Shown: positions 1-9,712 of the stretch, in pieces
How the letters are laid out: the number at the start of each line of letters is the position of its first letter
Numbering within the stretch: position 1 is the stretch's first letter
NCBI GenBank assembly: GCA_050298055.1
Contig: JBNKTL010000004.1
Span: 66,223-130,222 of the forward strand
Length of the DNA stretch: 64,000 nucleotides
Source: Spirochaetota bacterium
GTDB taxonomy: Bacteria; Spirochaetota; UBA4802; UBA5550
Reading direction: 5' to 3'
Program-made: the position numbers and the translations under genes
Notes under the pieces: model-generated
Databases searched by the model: none
The model's input: only the letters and a program-made list of their open reading frames with translations
Told to the model about the DNA's origin: nothing

Positions 1-380
1 TTTTCCCTGAAGGTCTTTTCATGACCCGCTTCCTTGAGGCTGTTACAGATACCGGCAGTACGCCTGCACTGCCAGACAATTGCGTGGTAAACCGGTTTAC
101 CGGTGTCCCTGTCCCAGAGAAGGGCGGTCTCCCTCTGATTGGTGATCCCTATGGCTGCCGCATTTTCTCCTCTCAGGTTGCCTTTCCTGAGGGCCTCCGG
201 GATGAGGGCATAAATGGATTCAAGTATTTCCCGGGCATCATGTTCCACCCAGCCCGGTTTCGGGAAATGCTGTGTAAATTCACTATAGGCGCTGGACAGG
301 GGCTTTCCCTCCTCGCTGAAGCAGAAAACCCTGTTTCCCGTAGTCCCCAGGTCCAGTGAAATGATAAATTTGCCGCTCAT
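1..380 (-). CDS. glpK: Glycerol kinase, N-terminal part (runs off the window start; not in the ORF track)
   Basis: The minus strand from ATG at 380 reads MSGKFIISLDLGTTGNRVFCFSEEGKPLSSAYSEFTQHFPKPGWVEHDAREILES. This matches the FGGY kinase N-terminal D-x-G-T-T and PKPGWVEHD motifs. Confidence 0.9.
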   Translation of the reverse strand, partial: MSGKFIISLDLGTTGNRVFCFSEEGKPLSSAYSEFTQHFPKPGWVEHDAREILESIYALIPEALRKGNLRGENAAAIGITNQRETALLWDRDTGKPVYHAIVWQCRRTAGICNSLKEAGHEKTFRE

Positions 381-470
381 ATAAAAATTAAAACATAAAA
401 AATTGTGAGTGTCAATCAATAAACCGGAATGTGGTTATTTTTTTTGAAAATGAGATGTTGTTTTTCCGGA

Positions 471-503
471 GTGCAGGCGGGATCACGTGACCCCGCCTGC
501 TAC
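471..503 (-). repeat. GTAG-initiated REP-like palindrome
   Basis: The minus strand reads GTAG-CAGGCGGGGTCACGTGATCCCGCCTG. The GTAG supplies the stop codon of the 500..964 ORF, and there is no U-tract on that strand. Confidence 0.45.
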
Positions 504-964
504 AGGGTCCCTGCAGCCTGAAGAGATCCGTATATGAGTAACAGGGAGAAAGCTACGGAAATTGCCAGGAAGAGAAGAATCCCCATGATAGTGATTTTTC
601 GTGAATTCCCGGGGTCTGGCCCCCTGTGAAATCTGTCATACCGGTGATATTCCTCTGAGAGATATTTAAGGCCGCCCCTTTTTTCACGTAAAATAATATT
701 TCGGGCATAATGTCTTACCCATTGCGGCATGTTGCCGTTTATGATAAAAGAGAAATAACACCTTTCCAGGAGTTTGATATCGCCCTCTTCTCCATGCCAT
801 TCAAAATATGCCAGCTGGAAGATCTGGAACTCTCCCACGTCGAGGAGTGAAGAGGCGCAGGCAACAACATCCTCCTCTGTTACCCCGGTGTCAAATAAGC
901 GGTGGTAAACATCGGCGATAAAACCCTTCAATGTTTCATTCTGATTGTTTATCTGCCGGTCCAT
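500..964 (-). CDS. Hypothetical protein with a C-terminal transmembrane helix
   Basis: 154 aa ORF with a purine-rich leader (GAGAGATGAG) and a hydrophobic C-terminal segment. Confidence 0.7.
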   Translation of the reverse strand: MDRQINNQNETLKGFIADVYHRLFDTGVTEEDVVACASSLLDVGEFQIFQLAYFEWHGEEGDIKLLERCYFSFIINGNMPQWVRHYARNIILREKRGGLKYLSEEYHRYDRFHRGPDPGNSRKITIMGILLFLAISVAFSLLLIYGSLQAAGTL

Positions 965-1291
965 CTCATCTCTCTTTTTTTGTGGATAATATAACTCAGT
1001 GGAGATATTGAGACAATAGGGGATACCCTTTCCTTCGTCGGGAGAAAACCTTTTTTAAACGGAGGGTTTTTCCTGCTTATCATTAATTAAGTTGAATCTA
1101 TCCGATCACTGCAGCCTCTTTAAGAGTGAACCGGAAGACCGTTTTGTACAGGGTAATATAATATGACAAAATCCCGGCTTTTTTCCTTCAATTTTCACGC
1201 AAAAAAATGCGATTATAGTAGTATAAAGAAAAAATCGTTCTTGTTAAAGGTTTCACAAAAATTAAAATTGTCATTAATAGAGTCATTTAAT

Positions 1292-2338
1292 ATGGAAAAT
1301 CCACTGTTTGAAAAATTCAAGTCGGAAAAGAGGCAATGCCTCTATATCGCGGAGATCGGGCTTAATCACAATGGTGATATAAGTACGGCAAAAGAACTTG
1401 TGAAATCAGCGGCAAAAGCCGGGGCGGACTGTGTGAAGTTTCAGACCTTCATCCCCGAAAAGATGAATTCCATCTATACCTCCTCGCTTTTAAAATCGGG
1501 GAGGGAAGAGGAACCTGATAAAAGCCAGGTGGAATTCTTCAGGAATTATCTCCTCACTGAGAGTGAGTACGGGGAACTGAAAAAACTTTCCGATGACCTT
1601 GGACTGGTCTTCTTCTCATCACCCTTTGACAGGGAATCCGTTGATCTTCTGGAAGGGCTCGATGTTCCCCTCTATAAAGTGGCATCCTCGGAAGTGACCA
1701 ATCACAGGCTGTTGAAAAGGATCGCAGAGACAGGGAAACCGGTTATACTCTCTACAGGCATGGCAGGGAAGCCGGATATTGCCGGTGCCCTGAAAATTTT
1801 CGGAAACAGGGATTGTGATGATATCGCCCTTCTTCACTGCGTTTCACTCTACCCGCTGGATCACTCCGCGGCCAATTTAAAGAGAATAAAGTCCCTGAGG
1901 AAGACCTTTGGCAGGGAAACCGGTTTTTCGGACCATACCCGGGGAAGTGAAGCAGCCCTGGTTGCGGCCTCACTGGGGGCCAGGATTTTTGAAAAGCACT
2001 TTACACTGGATGATGACTTTGACTGTCCCGACAGGGATGTTTCACTCAATGGGGAGGGCCTGTCAGCTTATATTGAATCTGTTGAGAGGGCGGTGAGGAT
2101 GCTGGGCGGCGGTGAGATATCCTTTGCCGGTGATGAGGCGGTAACTGCCCGGGCCGCGCGAAGAAGTATTTTTGCAGGGAGAGAGATCCCGGAGGGTAAA
2201 GTCATTATGGATGATGACCTGGTAGTTTTAAGGCCCGGCATTGGAATTCCGGCTTCCCTGATGGAAAACATTGTGGGGAAAAAAAGCTGTGTTGACATAA
2301 AAAAAGACTTTATGATAAGGGAAGAATACCTGGTTTAA
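1292..2338 (+). CDS. NeuB/PseI-family nonulosonic acid (N-acetylneuraminate) synthase with C-terminal SAF domain
   Basis: Motifs IAEIGLNHNG, ADCVKFQT, LLHCVSLYP, GFSDHT, FEKHFTL and RRSI...RPGIGI. Start moved to the ATG at 1292 because the upstream extension is AT-rich and unlike the family. Confidence 0.9.
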   Translation: MENPLFEKFKSEKRQCLYIAEIGLNHNGDISTAKELVKSAAKAGADCVKFQTFIPEKMNSIYTSSLLKSGREEEPDKSQVEFFRNYLLTESEYGELKKLSDDLGLVFFSSPFDRESVDLLEGLDVPLYKVASSEVTNHRLLKRIAETGKPVILSTGMAGKPDIAGALKIFGNRDCDDIALLHCVSLYPLDHSAANLKRIKSLRKTFGRETGFSDHTRGSEAALVAASLGARIFEKHFTLDDDFDCPDRDVSLNGEGLSAYIESVERAVRMLGGGEISFAGDEAVTARAARRSIFAGREIPEGKVIMDDDLVVLRPGIGIPASLMENIVGKKSCVDIKKDFMIREEYLV

Positions 2339-2352
2339 AAAAGGAGCATGAG

Positions 2353-2847
2353 ATGAATAAACGAGCAATGATTGCCATAATACTTGTTGCGGCTGTAACC
2401 GGCTGTTCGGCACTGGCTAAAAAGGAGAGTGATTTTTTCAACGGTAAGGAGATAAAAATGCTGGATGCCACAACCTCCGCGATTGGATACAATTACGGAT
2501 ATGATTCGGAGCCGGACCTTGACTATGTTTTCTCATTCACCTACAGTGAAAAAGGCGTGAAAAATAAGCCTGCAAAGTTAAAAGGCGCCCTTGATACTTA
2601 TGATAACAGGTCCCTGGTAAGGTTTTATGAGAAAGTCTATATTCTTAAGTTCAAGACAATCAAGGTCAGGGGCAAATACAGGGAGAATAAGAGGTGGAAA
2701 GAGTATACGCATGTGAACAAGTATCTCCTCCCCACCCTTGAAAAATATATTCAGCTCCTGGAGGGGCAGGTGCTGGTAAAGGTCCCTGAGTACAGGAGCA
2801 GAATTGCTTCAAGAAAAAAGGAAATCGAAGCGGTTTTTACAAGGTAG
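2353..2847 (+). CDS. Hypothetical lipoprotein
   Basis: AGGAG RBS; signal peptide ending in lipobox VTGC. Confidence 0.75.
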   Translation: MNKRAMIAIILVAAVTGCSALAKKESDFFNGKEIKMLDATTSAIGYNYGYDSEPDLDYVFSFTYSEKGVKNKPAKLKGALDTYDNRSLVRFYEKVYILKFKTIKVRGKYRENKRWKEYTHVNKYLLPTLEKYIQLLEGQVLVKVPEYRSRIASRKKEIEAVFTR

Positions 2848-2856
2848 CGCGGTCCC

Positions 2857-4134
2857 GTGAAGATAGCACCGTTTATATTGTCCCTCCTTCTCCTTTCACC
2901 GGGTCAGGGGAAAAGCCCGGGGGTCCATGTTCTGTGCTATCACGGTTTTCAAACAGATAAGAACAGGTTTTCCTTTCTTCTTACTGAGCTTAAGTCACAG
3001 CTTGATTTTTTCAGGAAAAGAGGATTCAGGTTCGTGACATTTTCAGATATTGATAGCGGCAATTTCAGCGGAAACAGGAATATCCTTATTACCGTTGATG
3101 ACGGAAACAGGAGTGTGTATGACGCATACTATCATGTTTTCAGACCCATGAAGATAAAGCCGGTACTTGCGATTTACCCGGCAGTTACCGGCAGGGAAAA
3201 ATATGCCCTTACATGGAAGCAGCTCAGGCGCCTTTCCGATGATGGCTGCGAGGTTGCCGCTCACGGCTATTCCCACAGGTATTTAAACAGCAGGCTTTAC
3301 AGAAAGGAGCGGAGGGCGTTTGAGAGGGAGATAAGCACCTCTCGGAAACTGCTGGAGAGAAAACTGGGAAGGTCTGTGGATATTTTTGTTTATCCCTACG
3401 GTGTAAAATCTCCCGAGGCGGTAAAAGCCCTTAAGAAAGCAGGCTACAGGTACGCCTTTACAATAAACAGCGGAACAATGTTCCTGAAATCTGCCCGGGG
3501 AGATTCGGTTTATGACCTTCCCCGGTATATGATTACCCGGGGGACCCGCAGGCTCATCCTGGACCGGATAGCACGGAAAACAGGCAGTGAGAAACAGGTC
3601 CTTGCACTGAACAATCACGGGGAAAAACCGGTCCCGGATATGAAATCCCTTATTATCAAACCGAAGAAAGTACCCGAACCCCTTGATGAGAAGACAGGGC
3701 CCGTGGTTGTATACCGGGACAGGTACAGGGACTATGGAAGAAAGAAGGAGAGCTCTCTCATTAAACTCGGCCTGAAGGACTCCCTTGTTGAGATTGATGA
3801 AAAACCGGGGGTCTCTCCTGATAATGGTTATACGTCTTACAGGGACGGAAAGTCCGGCCGGGAAACAGAGCTTGTCGCCGGTTTCGGGATTGTTGATATT
3901 CCCGGTACCCGCGGGATATACGTGCACACCGGCACCGGTGTGAAAACATTCCGGGATTACGGGGATACAAAGAAAGAGGGGAGTTGCCCGGTACTTACAA
4001 AATTAAAAAGCAGTTATAAGAAAACAGCAATCTCCGCTTACAGGTATTACTCCCTCTGGATCGACCGGCTCAGGGCGAGGATGCATGCCGTAAAGAGAAA
4101 AATCGAAAAACTGATAAATGATGTCTTTACCTGA
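2857..4134 (+). CDS. Polysaccharide deacetylase (CE4/NodB) with C-terminal extension
   Basis: Motifs VLCYHG, LITVDDG, AAHGYSH, FVYPYG and LPRY; N-terminal signal peptide. Confidence 0.88.
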   Translation: MKIAPFILSLLLLSPGQGKSPGVHVLCYHGFQTDKNRFSFLLTELKSQLDFFRKRGFRFVTFSDIDSGNFSGNRNILITVDDGNRSVYDAYYHVFRPMKIKPVLAIYPAVTGREKYALTWKQLRRLSDDGCEVAAHGYSHRYLNSRLYRKERRAFEREISTSRKLLERKLGRSVDIFVYPYGVKSPEAVKALKKAGYRYAFTINSGTMFLKSARGDSVYDLPRYMITRGTRRLILDRIARKTGSEKQVLALNNHGEKPVPDMKSLIIKPKKVPEPLDEKTGPVVVYRDRYRDYGRKKESSLIKLGLKDSLVEIDEKPGVSPDNGYTSYRDGKSGRETELVAGFGIVDIPGTRGIYVHTGTGVKTFRDYGDTKKEGSCPVLTKLKSSYKKTAISAYRYYSLWIDRLRARMHAVKRKIEKLINDVFT

Positions 4135-4792
4135 TACGGACCGCTTCCCACTGCTTCCTTATGCCCCCCACCGTATAGAACCCCTTGATGACTTTTCCGT
4201 TCTGCTCATAGGTCCCGGAGTAGTTCTGTGTAAAATATGACCCGGACCCTGTTCTCTTCAGCTCCTTTGCCGTGGTGATTGAACGGGTGAAGGTGATCCT
4301 GTTACTGGAGATCCGGATATACTTCAGGTATTCCCAGACCCCGTTCTTCCACTCCGGGAACTTTACGGAACCGTAGAGTTTCCCCTTTGAGACAAAGAGG
4401 TTGAGAATACCCTTATGCCCCGAGGCCACAATCCTGTAGCCGCCGATAAATTTTCCCGGTATACCGGAGATGCCGGTCTCATCATCGGGGGTTTCCGGAA
4501 TAATTTCTATCCGTTTCACTTCCCGGACAGGTATCAGCGCCAGTGTATAATCGGGGTCAGGGACTTCGAGGGCCTGTCGCCTTGTCCCATGGCTTTCACT
4601 GTCCCGGATACAGAAAAGAGTATTGCCTATGAGCAGTATCTTTTTCCCCCGGTAGAACTTTGAGTCTGAGTCAACGATCAGGACCGAATATCCAGGAAGA
4701 AGGGCGGCAGAGAGGGCCATGAGTACCAGGAGTGCAGCCGTAACAATAAGTGCCGGTTTAATAAATCTTCTGATGGTCTTTTTTCCCTTCAT
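4127..4792 (-). CDS. Hypothetical exported or membrane-anchored protein
   Basis: 221 aa ORF with an N-terminal hydrophobic helix and a beta-rich C-terminus. Confidence 0.7.
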   Translation of the reverse strand: MKGKKTIRRFIKPALIVTAALLVLMALSAALLPGYSVLIVDSDSKFYRGKKILLIGNTLFCIRDSESHGTRRQALEVPDPDYTLALIPVREVKRIEIIPETPDDETGISGIPGKFIGGYRIVASGHKGILNLFVSKGKLYGSVKFPEWKNGVWEYLKYIRISSNRITFTRSITTAKELKRTGSGSYFTQNYSGTYEQNGKVIKGFYTVGGIRKQWEAVRIR

Positions 4793-4847
4793 GTTCTCTA
4801 TTCAGGGTTAAGTTATGATATCAGTCAAGCTAAAGTCATGAAGCAGG

Positions 4848-5804
4848 TCAATTTTTGTTAAGTTTCTCCTGCCGGAGCCCCCTCTTTTCGAACTTTACCG
4901 CCGTATCAGGATCATCTATGAGCCTGTAGATATCCGCAAGGAAAAAGTAGGTATCGGTATTCCGGGGATTGATTTCAATGGCCTTCCTGAGGTTTTCTAT
5001 TGCACGGTTAATATAGAAGATCCTCTTTCCCGGCAGCTTCCTGTTAAAGTACAAACTGCCCAGGTAGAGGTAAGCCTTTTCATAACCGGGCTTTATGAAC
5101 TTCAGTTTTTCCATGATATCCGCCGCTTCCCGGTACATCTTCCTGTTCCGGTAAATGTCCGCAAGTCCCACATAGGCTTCCGTATATGCCGGGCTCAGTT
5201 CAATTGCCTTGTTGAGATTTTCAATTCCTTTCTCATATTTTTTCTCACCGTAAGCGGAGATCCCCGCGTCATAGAACCGGGCGGCTTTTATTTTGCCGGT
5301 CTCATAGCTGTTCCTGAAGTGCTTTTCGGCCTTTTCCTTTTTTCCCCGGAGGAGGTAGTAGCGGGAAAGCTCCAGGTTCGCTTTGATATCATGGGGCCTG
5401 AGATCTACAGCTTTTTCAAAATGGGAGACAGCAAGACGGTCTTCCGCGAAAAAACTGTAGAGTCCGCCGATCTTTGTGTGAATATCTCCCTGCCTGCTGT
5501 TTATGGCAAGGGACCTCTTAAGAAGTTCTATTCCCTTCTGCCTGTTGTTTCTCATTATGTATATATCCGCCAGGATGTTTAAAGCTTCAAAGAGGTCCGG
5601 GTTGCCGTCAAGGGCCAGCTGAAGGTTGAGGATAGCGTAGTCGTACATCTCCGCCCTGAACTGCAGCTTCCCCTTCCTAAGATAGTAGGCGGCAGGTCTC
5701 CTGGGGTTACTCTTCCCCTTCACCTCTCCGGGAGAAACTGAAATTGAGAAGAGCAATATTATAATTAAAAAAAAGTTGAAATATCTTATTGACATATTCC
5801 GCAT
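4848..5804 (-). CDS. Tetratricopeptide repeat protein, exported
   Basis: Repeated A..YL..G/LA..Y helical TPR units (e.g. KAIELSPAYTEAYVGLADIY) and a signal peptide. Confidence 0.85.
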   Translation of the reverse strand: MRNMSIRYFNFFLIIILLFSISVSPGEVKGKSNPRRPAAYYLRKGKLQFRAEMYDYAILNLQLALDGNPDLFEALNILADIYIMRNNRQKGIELLKRSLAINSRQGDIHTKIGGLYSFFAEDRLAVSHFEKAVDLRPHDIKANLELSRYYLLRGKKEKAEKHFRNSYETGKIKAARFYDAGISAYGEKKYEKGIENLNKAIELSPAYTEAYVGLADIYRNRKMYREAADIMEKLKFIKPGYEKAYLYLGSLYFNRKLPGKRIFYINRAIENLRKAIEINPRNTDTYFFLADIYRLIDDPDTAVKFEKRGLRQEKLNKN

Positions 5805-5831
5805 CTGTAATAAATGTGTATCGTCTTTAAT

Positions 5832-5904
<73 letters not shown>

Positions 5905-6215
5905 TTTTTTCATGCCCTCACATTCCCTTCATTAATAATAACGGCCGGTTTGGTTATAGAGTTGCAGATATTTTTCTTTGGAAATTTTTTTTATTCCCGA
6001 AAGTGTAATTATAACGCAAGTACTGGTTTCGTTCCGGGTTCCGTATTGATGATTCTGTCCTAACGAGCGCAACGTGGCTATCTGTTATGGCTTATTAGTG
6101 ATTTAACGAGTGATGCGAGGATGTCTGTTTATAAAATGTTCGCTGCTTAAAGGAACATTGTAATTTATGACAAACAGATCATGACGTCGCTCCACTCCTC
6201 AAGGTGACAGAGTCT

Positions 6216-6980
6216 TTAATGCGAAACTCTCCGTACAATCTCCCTCAGCTTCTCTTTGCCTGCAGGGGACAAACCCAGGGAGTCAATCACTCCTTCAAGC
6301 TCCTTCCGGGACCCGTATCCTCCCGCGAAGCCGTTTACCCGTGCCGCGGCCGTTGACTTGAGAAGATCATTCATGAGGGGATAGATCTTCAGGAATTCAT
6401 CCTTGATGCTTTCCCGCATCTGCAGGTAATACTTTTGATGGTAGTTTTCCGCCCGGGTGAATTGGGAAGCCGGTTTTATTCCCGTATGGATTTCCCTTCT
6501 GACTCTCTCAGCTGTTTCCGCGAGGCTTTTCTCCGCGGTCTTCTTCTGGGATTCGTTCTTGAAAAAAATAAAAGACCGGTACTGATTGCTCATAACGGCC
6601 CGTGTGGGATCGTGCCCTTCCCAGAACTCGTCCAGGAGTTCCCGGTAGCTGATAATATCAGGATCGTAAACGATCTCTATTGCCTCCGAGTGATTGCCTA
6701 TGCTCTTATAGGTGGGTCCTGGCGTTGTTCCGCCGGTATATCCCACCCGTGTTGAAATGACCCCTTTGAGAAGCCCGAACCGGGCATCGGGACCCCAGAA
6801 TCACCCCATGGCAAAAAGGGCGGTTTCGCTTCTTTTGTGTTTCACTTTATCGATTTGAGGGATTTCCCCTTTCTGAGACGCGTTGAGCAGCGGCCTGTTC
6901 ATATTATCCTTCTCCGGAAAGTCAGCAAGTATCCATATAATGAATAAACCTGCGGGAATAAGCAATAATTTTTTTATCAT
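6216..6980 (-). CDS. msrA: Selenocysteine-containing peptide-methionine (S)-S-oxide reductase MsrA, about 254 aa
   Basis: ATG at 6980 has a GGAG/AGGA RBS and is in frame with the 6216..6746 ORF. Codon 60 (6801..6803) is TGA in ETALFAMG-U-FWGPDARF...TRVGYTGG. The AENYHQKY motif lies downstream. Confidence 0.92.
6757..6803 (-). promoter_or_regulatory. Putative bacterial SECIS element
   Basis: The mRNA reads UGA UUCUGGGGUCCCGAU GCCC-GGUUC-GGGC UUCUCAAAGGGGUCA. The apical hairpin has a G-first loop shortly after the UGA, and UGAUUC can pair with GGGUCA as a lower stem. Confidence 0.7.
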
Positions 6981-7058
6981 GATATCCTATCTCCGTTTTC
7001 ATCGATAGAATTTTTAATACTTTAAGGATAGGGACAATGGATGTGGCAATTGTTACAG

Positions 7059-7084
7059 AATCAGCCCGTAGCCACGGGCTGATT
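7059..7084. repeat. Perfect 11-bp hairpin (REP-like or terminator-like)
   Basis: AATCAGCCCGT-AGCC-ACGGGCTGATT in a divergent intergenic region. Confidence 0.55.
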
Positions 7085-7263
7085 ATAAATAGTTTAAGTA
7101 AATCACCGCTTAAACCTTAAGCCGTTAAAGTGGAAATATTACCAATATTAAAAATTTATTCTGAATGTATAATGCGATGGTTACTATAAAATTGAATTTA
7201 ATTAAGTTAAATTACTCTTGACCTTCTGTAAAATACCCATATTCTGGATGCCAATTTAATAAG

Positions 7264-7665
7264 ATGTTCTGCTTTGAAATGATAATAGCGAATCATAAAA
7301 AACGATTTAACCAGGGCGCATCACATTATACCACTGATCGCTATCCCGGTCGCGGACAATGTGTGCGGAAAGTCTTGGAGCTTCTTGATCCACAGCAGGA
7401 CGATGTCATACTCGATCTTGGTTGTGGTCCAGGGATCCAACTCATTGAACTTGCTCATTCAATTAGATCGGGGTATGGAGTCGATCCGGCGGAAGAGATG
7501 ATCCGGCGGGCGAGAGCCGAAGCCGCTGGATATGTAAAAGTGTCTGAACTCCTGCCCGGCGGCGGGCTGTTTGTTCTTGGTGACCTTATGTTCAGTGACG
7601 TCCCTGAGAAACATCAAGATCTCTTTGAGTTTAATGAAACATGCATTTTAAAGAAAAAAAGATAA
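7264..7665 (+). pseudogene. Class I SAM-dependent methyltransferase, internally deleted or truncated
   Basis: Motif I (ILDLGCGPG) and motif II (GVDPAEEM) are present. The sequence then jumps straight to LPGGGLFVLGD, with the intervening motifs missing; only 133 aa. Confidence 0.6.
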
Positions 7666-7693
7666 ATATAAGCGATAAATTATTGTAAATAAA

Positions 7694-8869
7694 ATGCAAT
7701 TAAGTATTAATATTGTATCTCTCATAATTGGCACTGCAGTTATTTTAGGATTATTTATTTCCATCTTGATATTAACGGTTAAAAAGAAAAATAAATCACC
7801 GAATATTATTTTGGCTCTTTTTCTTCTGACTATAACCTTTCCCCTTTCGAATGTTATTCTTTATGAAACTAAGGCTTTCCAGTATATGCCGTATCTGATA
7901 CGATTGGGCGAACCTTTTCGACTACTCATAGCCCCATTTTTTTATTTTTATACTATAGCATTAACTAACGGCAGAATTAAGTGGAACCGATTCTTAATAC
8001 TTAATTTTATTCCTTTTACAGCCAATGTCATTTTTCTATTACCGTTTTATATGGAGCCATCTGACATAAAAGTCAGGTTTATTATGGGCCATTATTTTAC
8101 GCATAAAGTATCTTTTGTTGCTTATCACTTCATCTTCTTCATTATAATGCTGATACAGTTTGCCTTTTATCTCTTTCTGGCAAAAAAAGAGATAAAACAT
8201 TATGAAGTAAAGATAAAAGATACTTTTTCCTCAATCGAAAAAATCAGCCTCTCCTGGCTGAATTCCTTTGCCAATGTGGCTCTGGCATTTTGTATCTTCC
8301 TTCTTGTATTTTGTGCATTTCTCTTCATTTTTGTTATCATACTTGGGCCTTTTAAAAACCAGTTTAGTATTTCCATTCGCCTGTTTCCGAATATTGTTTC
8401 ACTATTGCTTATAGTCATTGTTTTTAAAGCATTGCGTCAGCCGCTGATATTAAGCGACTTTTCCGAAGACAGGAAATATGAGACTCCATTGGAAAAATAT
8501 GAATTATCTAACCTGATTCCGAAAGATGCTGAAAAATATTTGCAGAAACTCATCCGGTATATGGAAGAGGAAAAACCATACCTCCAGCCTGAACTAGCTC
8601 TTAAACAGATCGCAGATAAATTGCAAATCCCGGTACGGCATCTCTCGCAGGTAATTAATGAAAAGATTGGTATGAATTTCTATAATTACATTAATTCATA
8701 CCGTATTGAAGAAATAAAAAAGTATCTCTCCGATCCTGATTTTAAAAAGGAAACCATTCTCAATCTGGCTTATGATGCCGGCTTCAATTCGAAGTCCACC
8801 TTCAATGCTGTTTTTAAAAAAGCCACTGGCCTGACCCCTCAACAATACCGCCGGACAGCATTTAACTAA
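7694..8869 (+). CDS. AraC-family transcriptional regulator with N-terminal multi-TM sensor domain
   Basis: About 7 hydrophobic helices, then EKPYLQPEL...LSQVIN...NFYNYINSYRI...AYDAGFNSKSTFNAVFKK.TGLTP. Confidence 0.92.
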   Translation: MQLSINIVSLIIGTAVILGLFISILILTVKKKNKSPNIILALFLLTITFPLSNVILYETKAFQYMPYLIRLGEPFRLLIAPFFYFYTIALTNGRIKWNRFLILNFIPFTANVIFLLPFYMEPSDIKVRFIMGHYFTHKVSFVAYHFIFFIIMLIQFAFYLFLAKKEIKHYEVKIKDTFSSIEKISLSWLNSFANVALAFCIFLLVFCAFLFIFVIILGPFKNQFSISIRLFPNIVSLLLIVIVFKALRQPLILSDFSEDRKYETPLEKYELSNLIPKDAEKYLQKLIRYMEEEKPYLQPELALKQIADKLQIPVRHLSQVINEKIGMNFYNYINSYRIEEIKKYLSDPDFKKETILNLAYDAGFNSKSTFNAVFKKATGLTPQQYRRTAFN

Positions 8870-8875
8870 AAAAAT

Positions 8876-8898
8876 GTCCGAAAGGATGCTTTCGGACG
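8876..8898 (+). promoter_or_regulatory. Inverted repeat between araC and the ABC operon (operator or terminator-like)
   Basis: GTCCGAAAG-GATG-CTTTCGGAC directly after the araC stop, with no U-tract. Confidence 0.45.
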
Positions 8899-9010
8899 AC
8901 AAAACCACTTCATCGATAATATTATATAACCAAATGAACCAGACCGGCGGATAGCATCCCGGTCATAAACAAAGTTAACCTTAAAACTCGTTATCAGGAG
9001 GTAACTCATT

Positions 9011-9700
9011 ATGAGTTTGTTAACCATGCATGGTATTTCAAAGACATACCAGGCAGGAGAGATTCAGGTGCCCGCATTAAAAAATATTAATCTCGAAATC
9101 GATGAAAATCTTTTTATTTCCTTTATCGGTCCCTCAGGCAGCGGCAAAACCACGCTGCTTAACTTGATCGGCTGTCTGGACAAACCTACCGAAGGTGAAA
9201 TTTTTATTAATAATGAGAATGTAAACAGGCTGATGCGGAAAGAAGCGGCGGAATTCCGGGGCAGAAATATGGGGTTTATATTCCAGAGTTTTAACCTGGT
9301 GCCTGTGCTGACAGTTTATGAAAATGTGGAATACCCCCTTGTCATGGTGCAGAAACTGCCGGTATCACAAAGGAAAGAGAGAGTTCTGAGACTTCTCGAA
9401 AGGGTCGGCATGATTGATAAAAAAGATCAATTGCCCAACCAGATTTCCGGAGGGCAGAAGCAGAGGACTGCCATAGCAAGGTCGCTGGTATTAAATCCTA
9501 AAATTGTGCTGGCTGACGAGCCTACGGCAAATCTCGATACCGGAACGGCATACAATATCATTAACGTTATGCACGAAATGAAAAAAGAATTCGGAACCAC
9601 ATTTATTTTTTCCACCCATGATCCGAAGATCGTCGGGGAAGCAGAGATTATATACACCCTGGAAGACGGTATTATCATCGGTTCTAAAAAAGTTCATTAA
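9011..9700 (+). CDS. ABC transporter ATP-binding protein (LolD/MacB-like)
   Basis: Motifs GPSGSGKT, ISGGQKQR, LADEPTANLD and STHD; GGAGG RBS. Confidence 0.93.
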   Translation: MSLLTMHGISKTYQAGEIQVPALKNINLEIDENLFISFIGPSGSGKTTLLNLIGCLDKPTEGEIFINNENVNRLMRKEAAEFRGRNMGFIFQSFNLVPVLTVYENVEYPLVMVQKLPVSQRKERVLRLLERVGMIDKKDQLPNQISGGQKQRTAIARSLVLNPKIVLADEPTANLDTGTAYNIINVMHEMKKEFGTTFIFSTHDPKIVGEAEIIYTLEDGIIIGSKKVH

Positions 9701-9712
9701 AGGAGACAAAAA

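Noticed and set aside
21..359. 112-aa plus-strand ORF
   Set aside because: Antisense shadow of glpK on the minus strand.
1020..1160. Riboswitch upstream of the 500..964 gene
   Set aside because: Hairpins exist (e.g. GGAGAAAACC...GGTTTTTCC), but I recognise no riboswitch consensus. An Rfam scan would settle it.
6050..6212. Degenerate GTCATTGCGAG...CTCGCAATGAC-type palindromic repeat after msrA
   Set aside because: Only a loose resemblance, too decayed to delimit.
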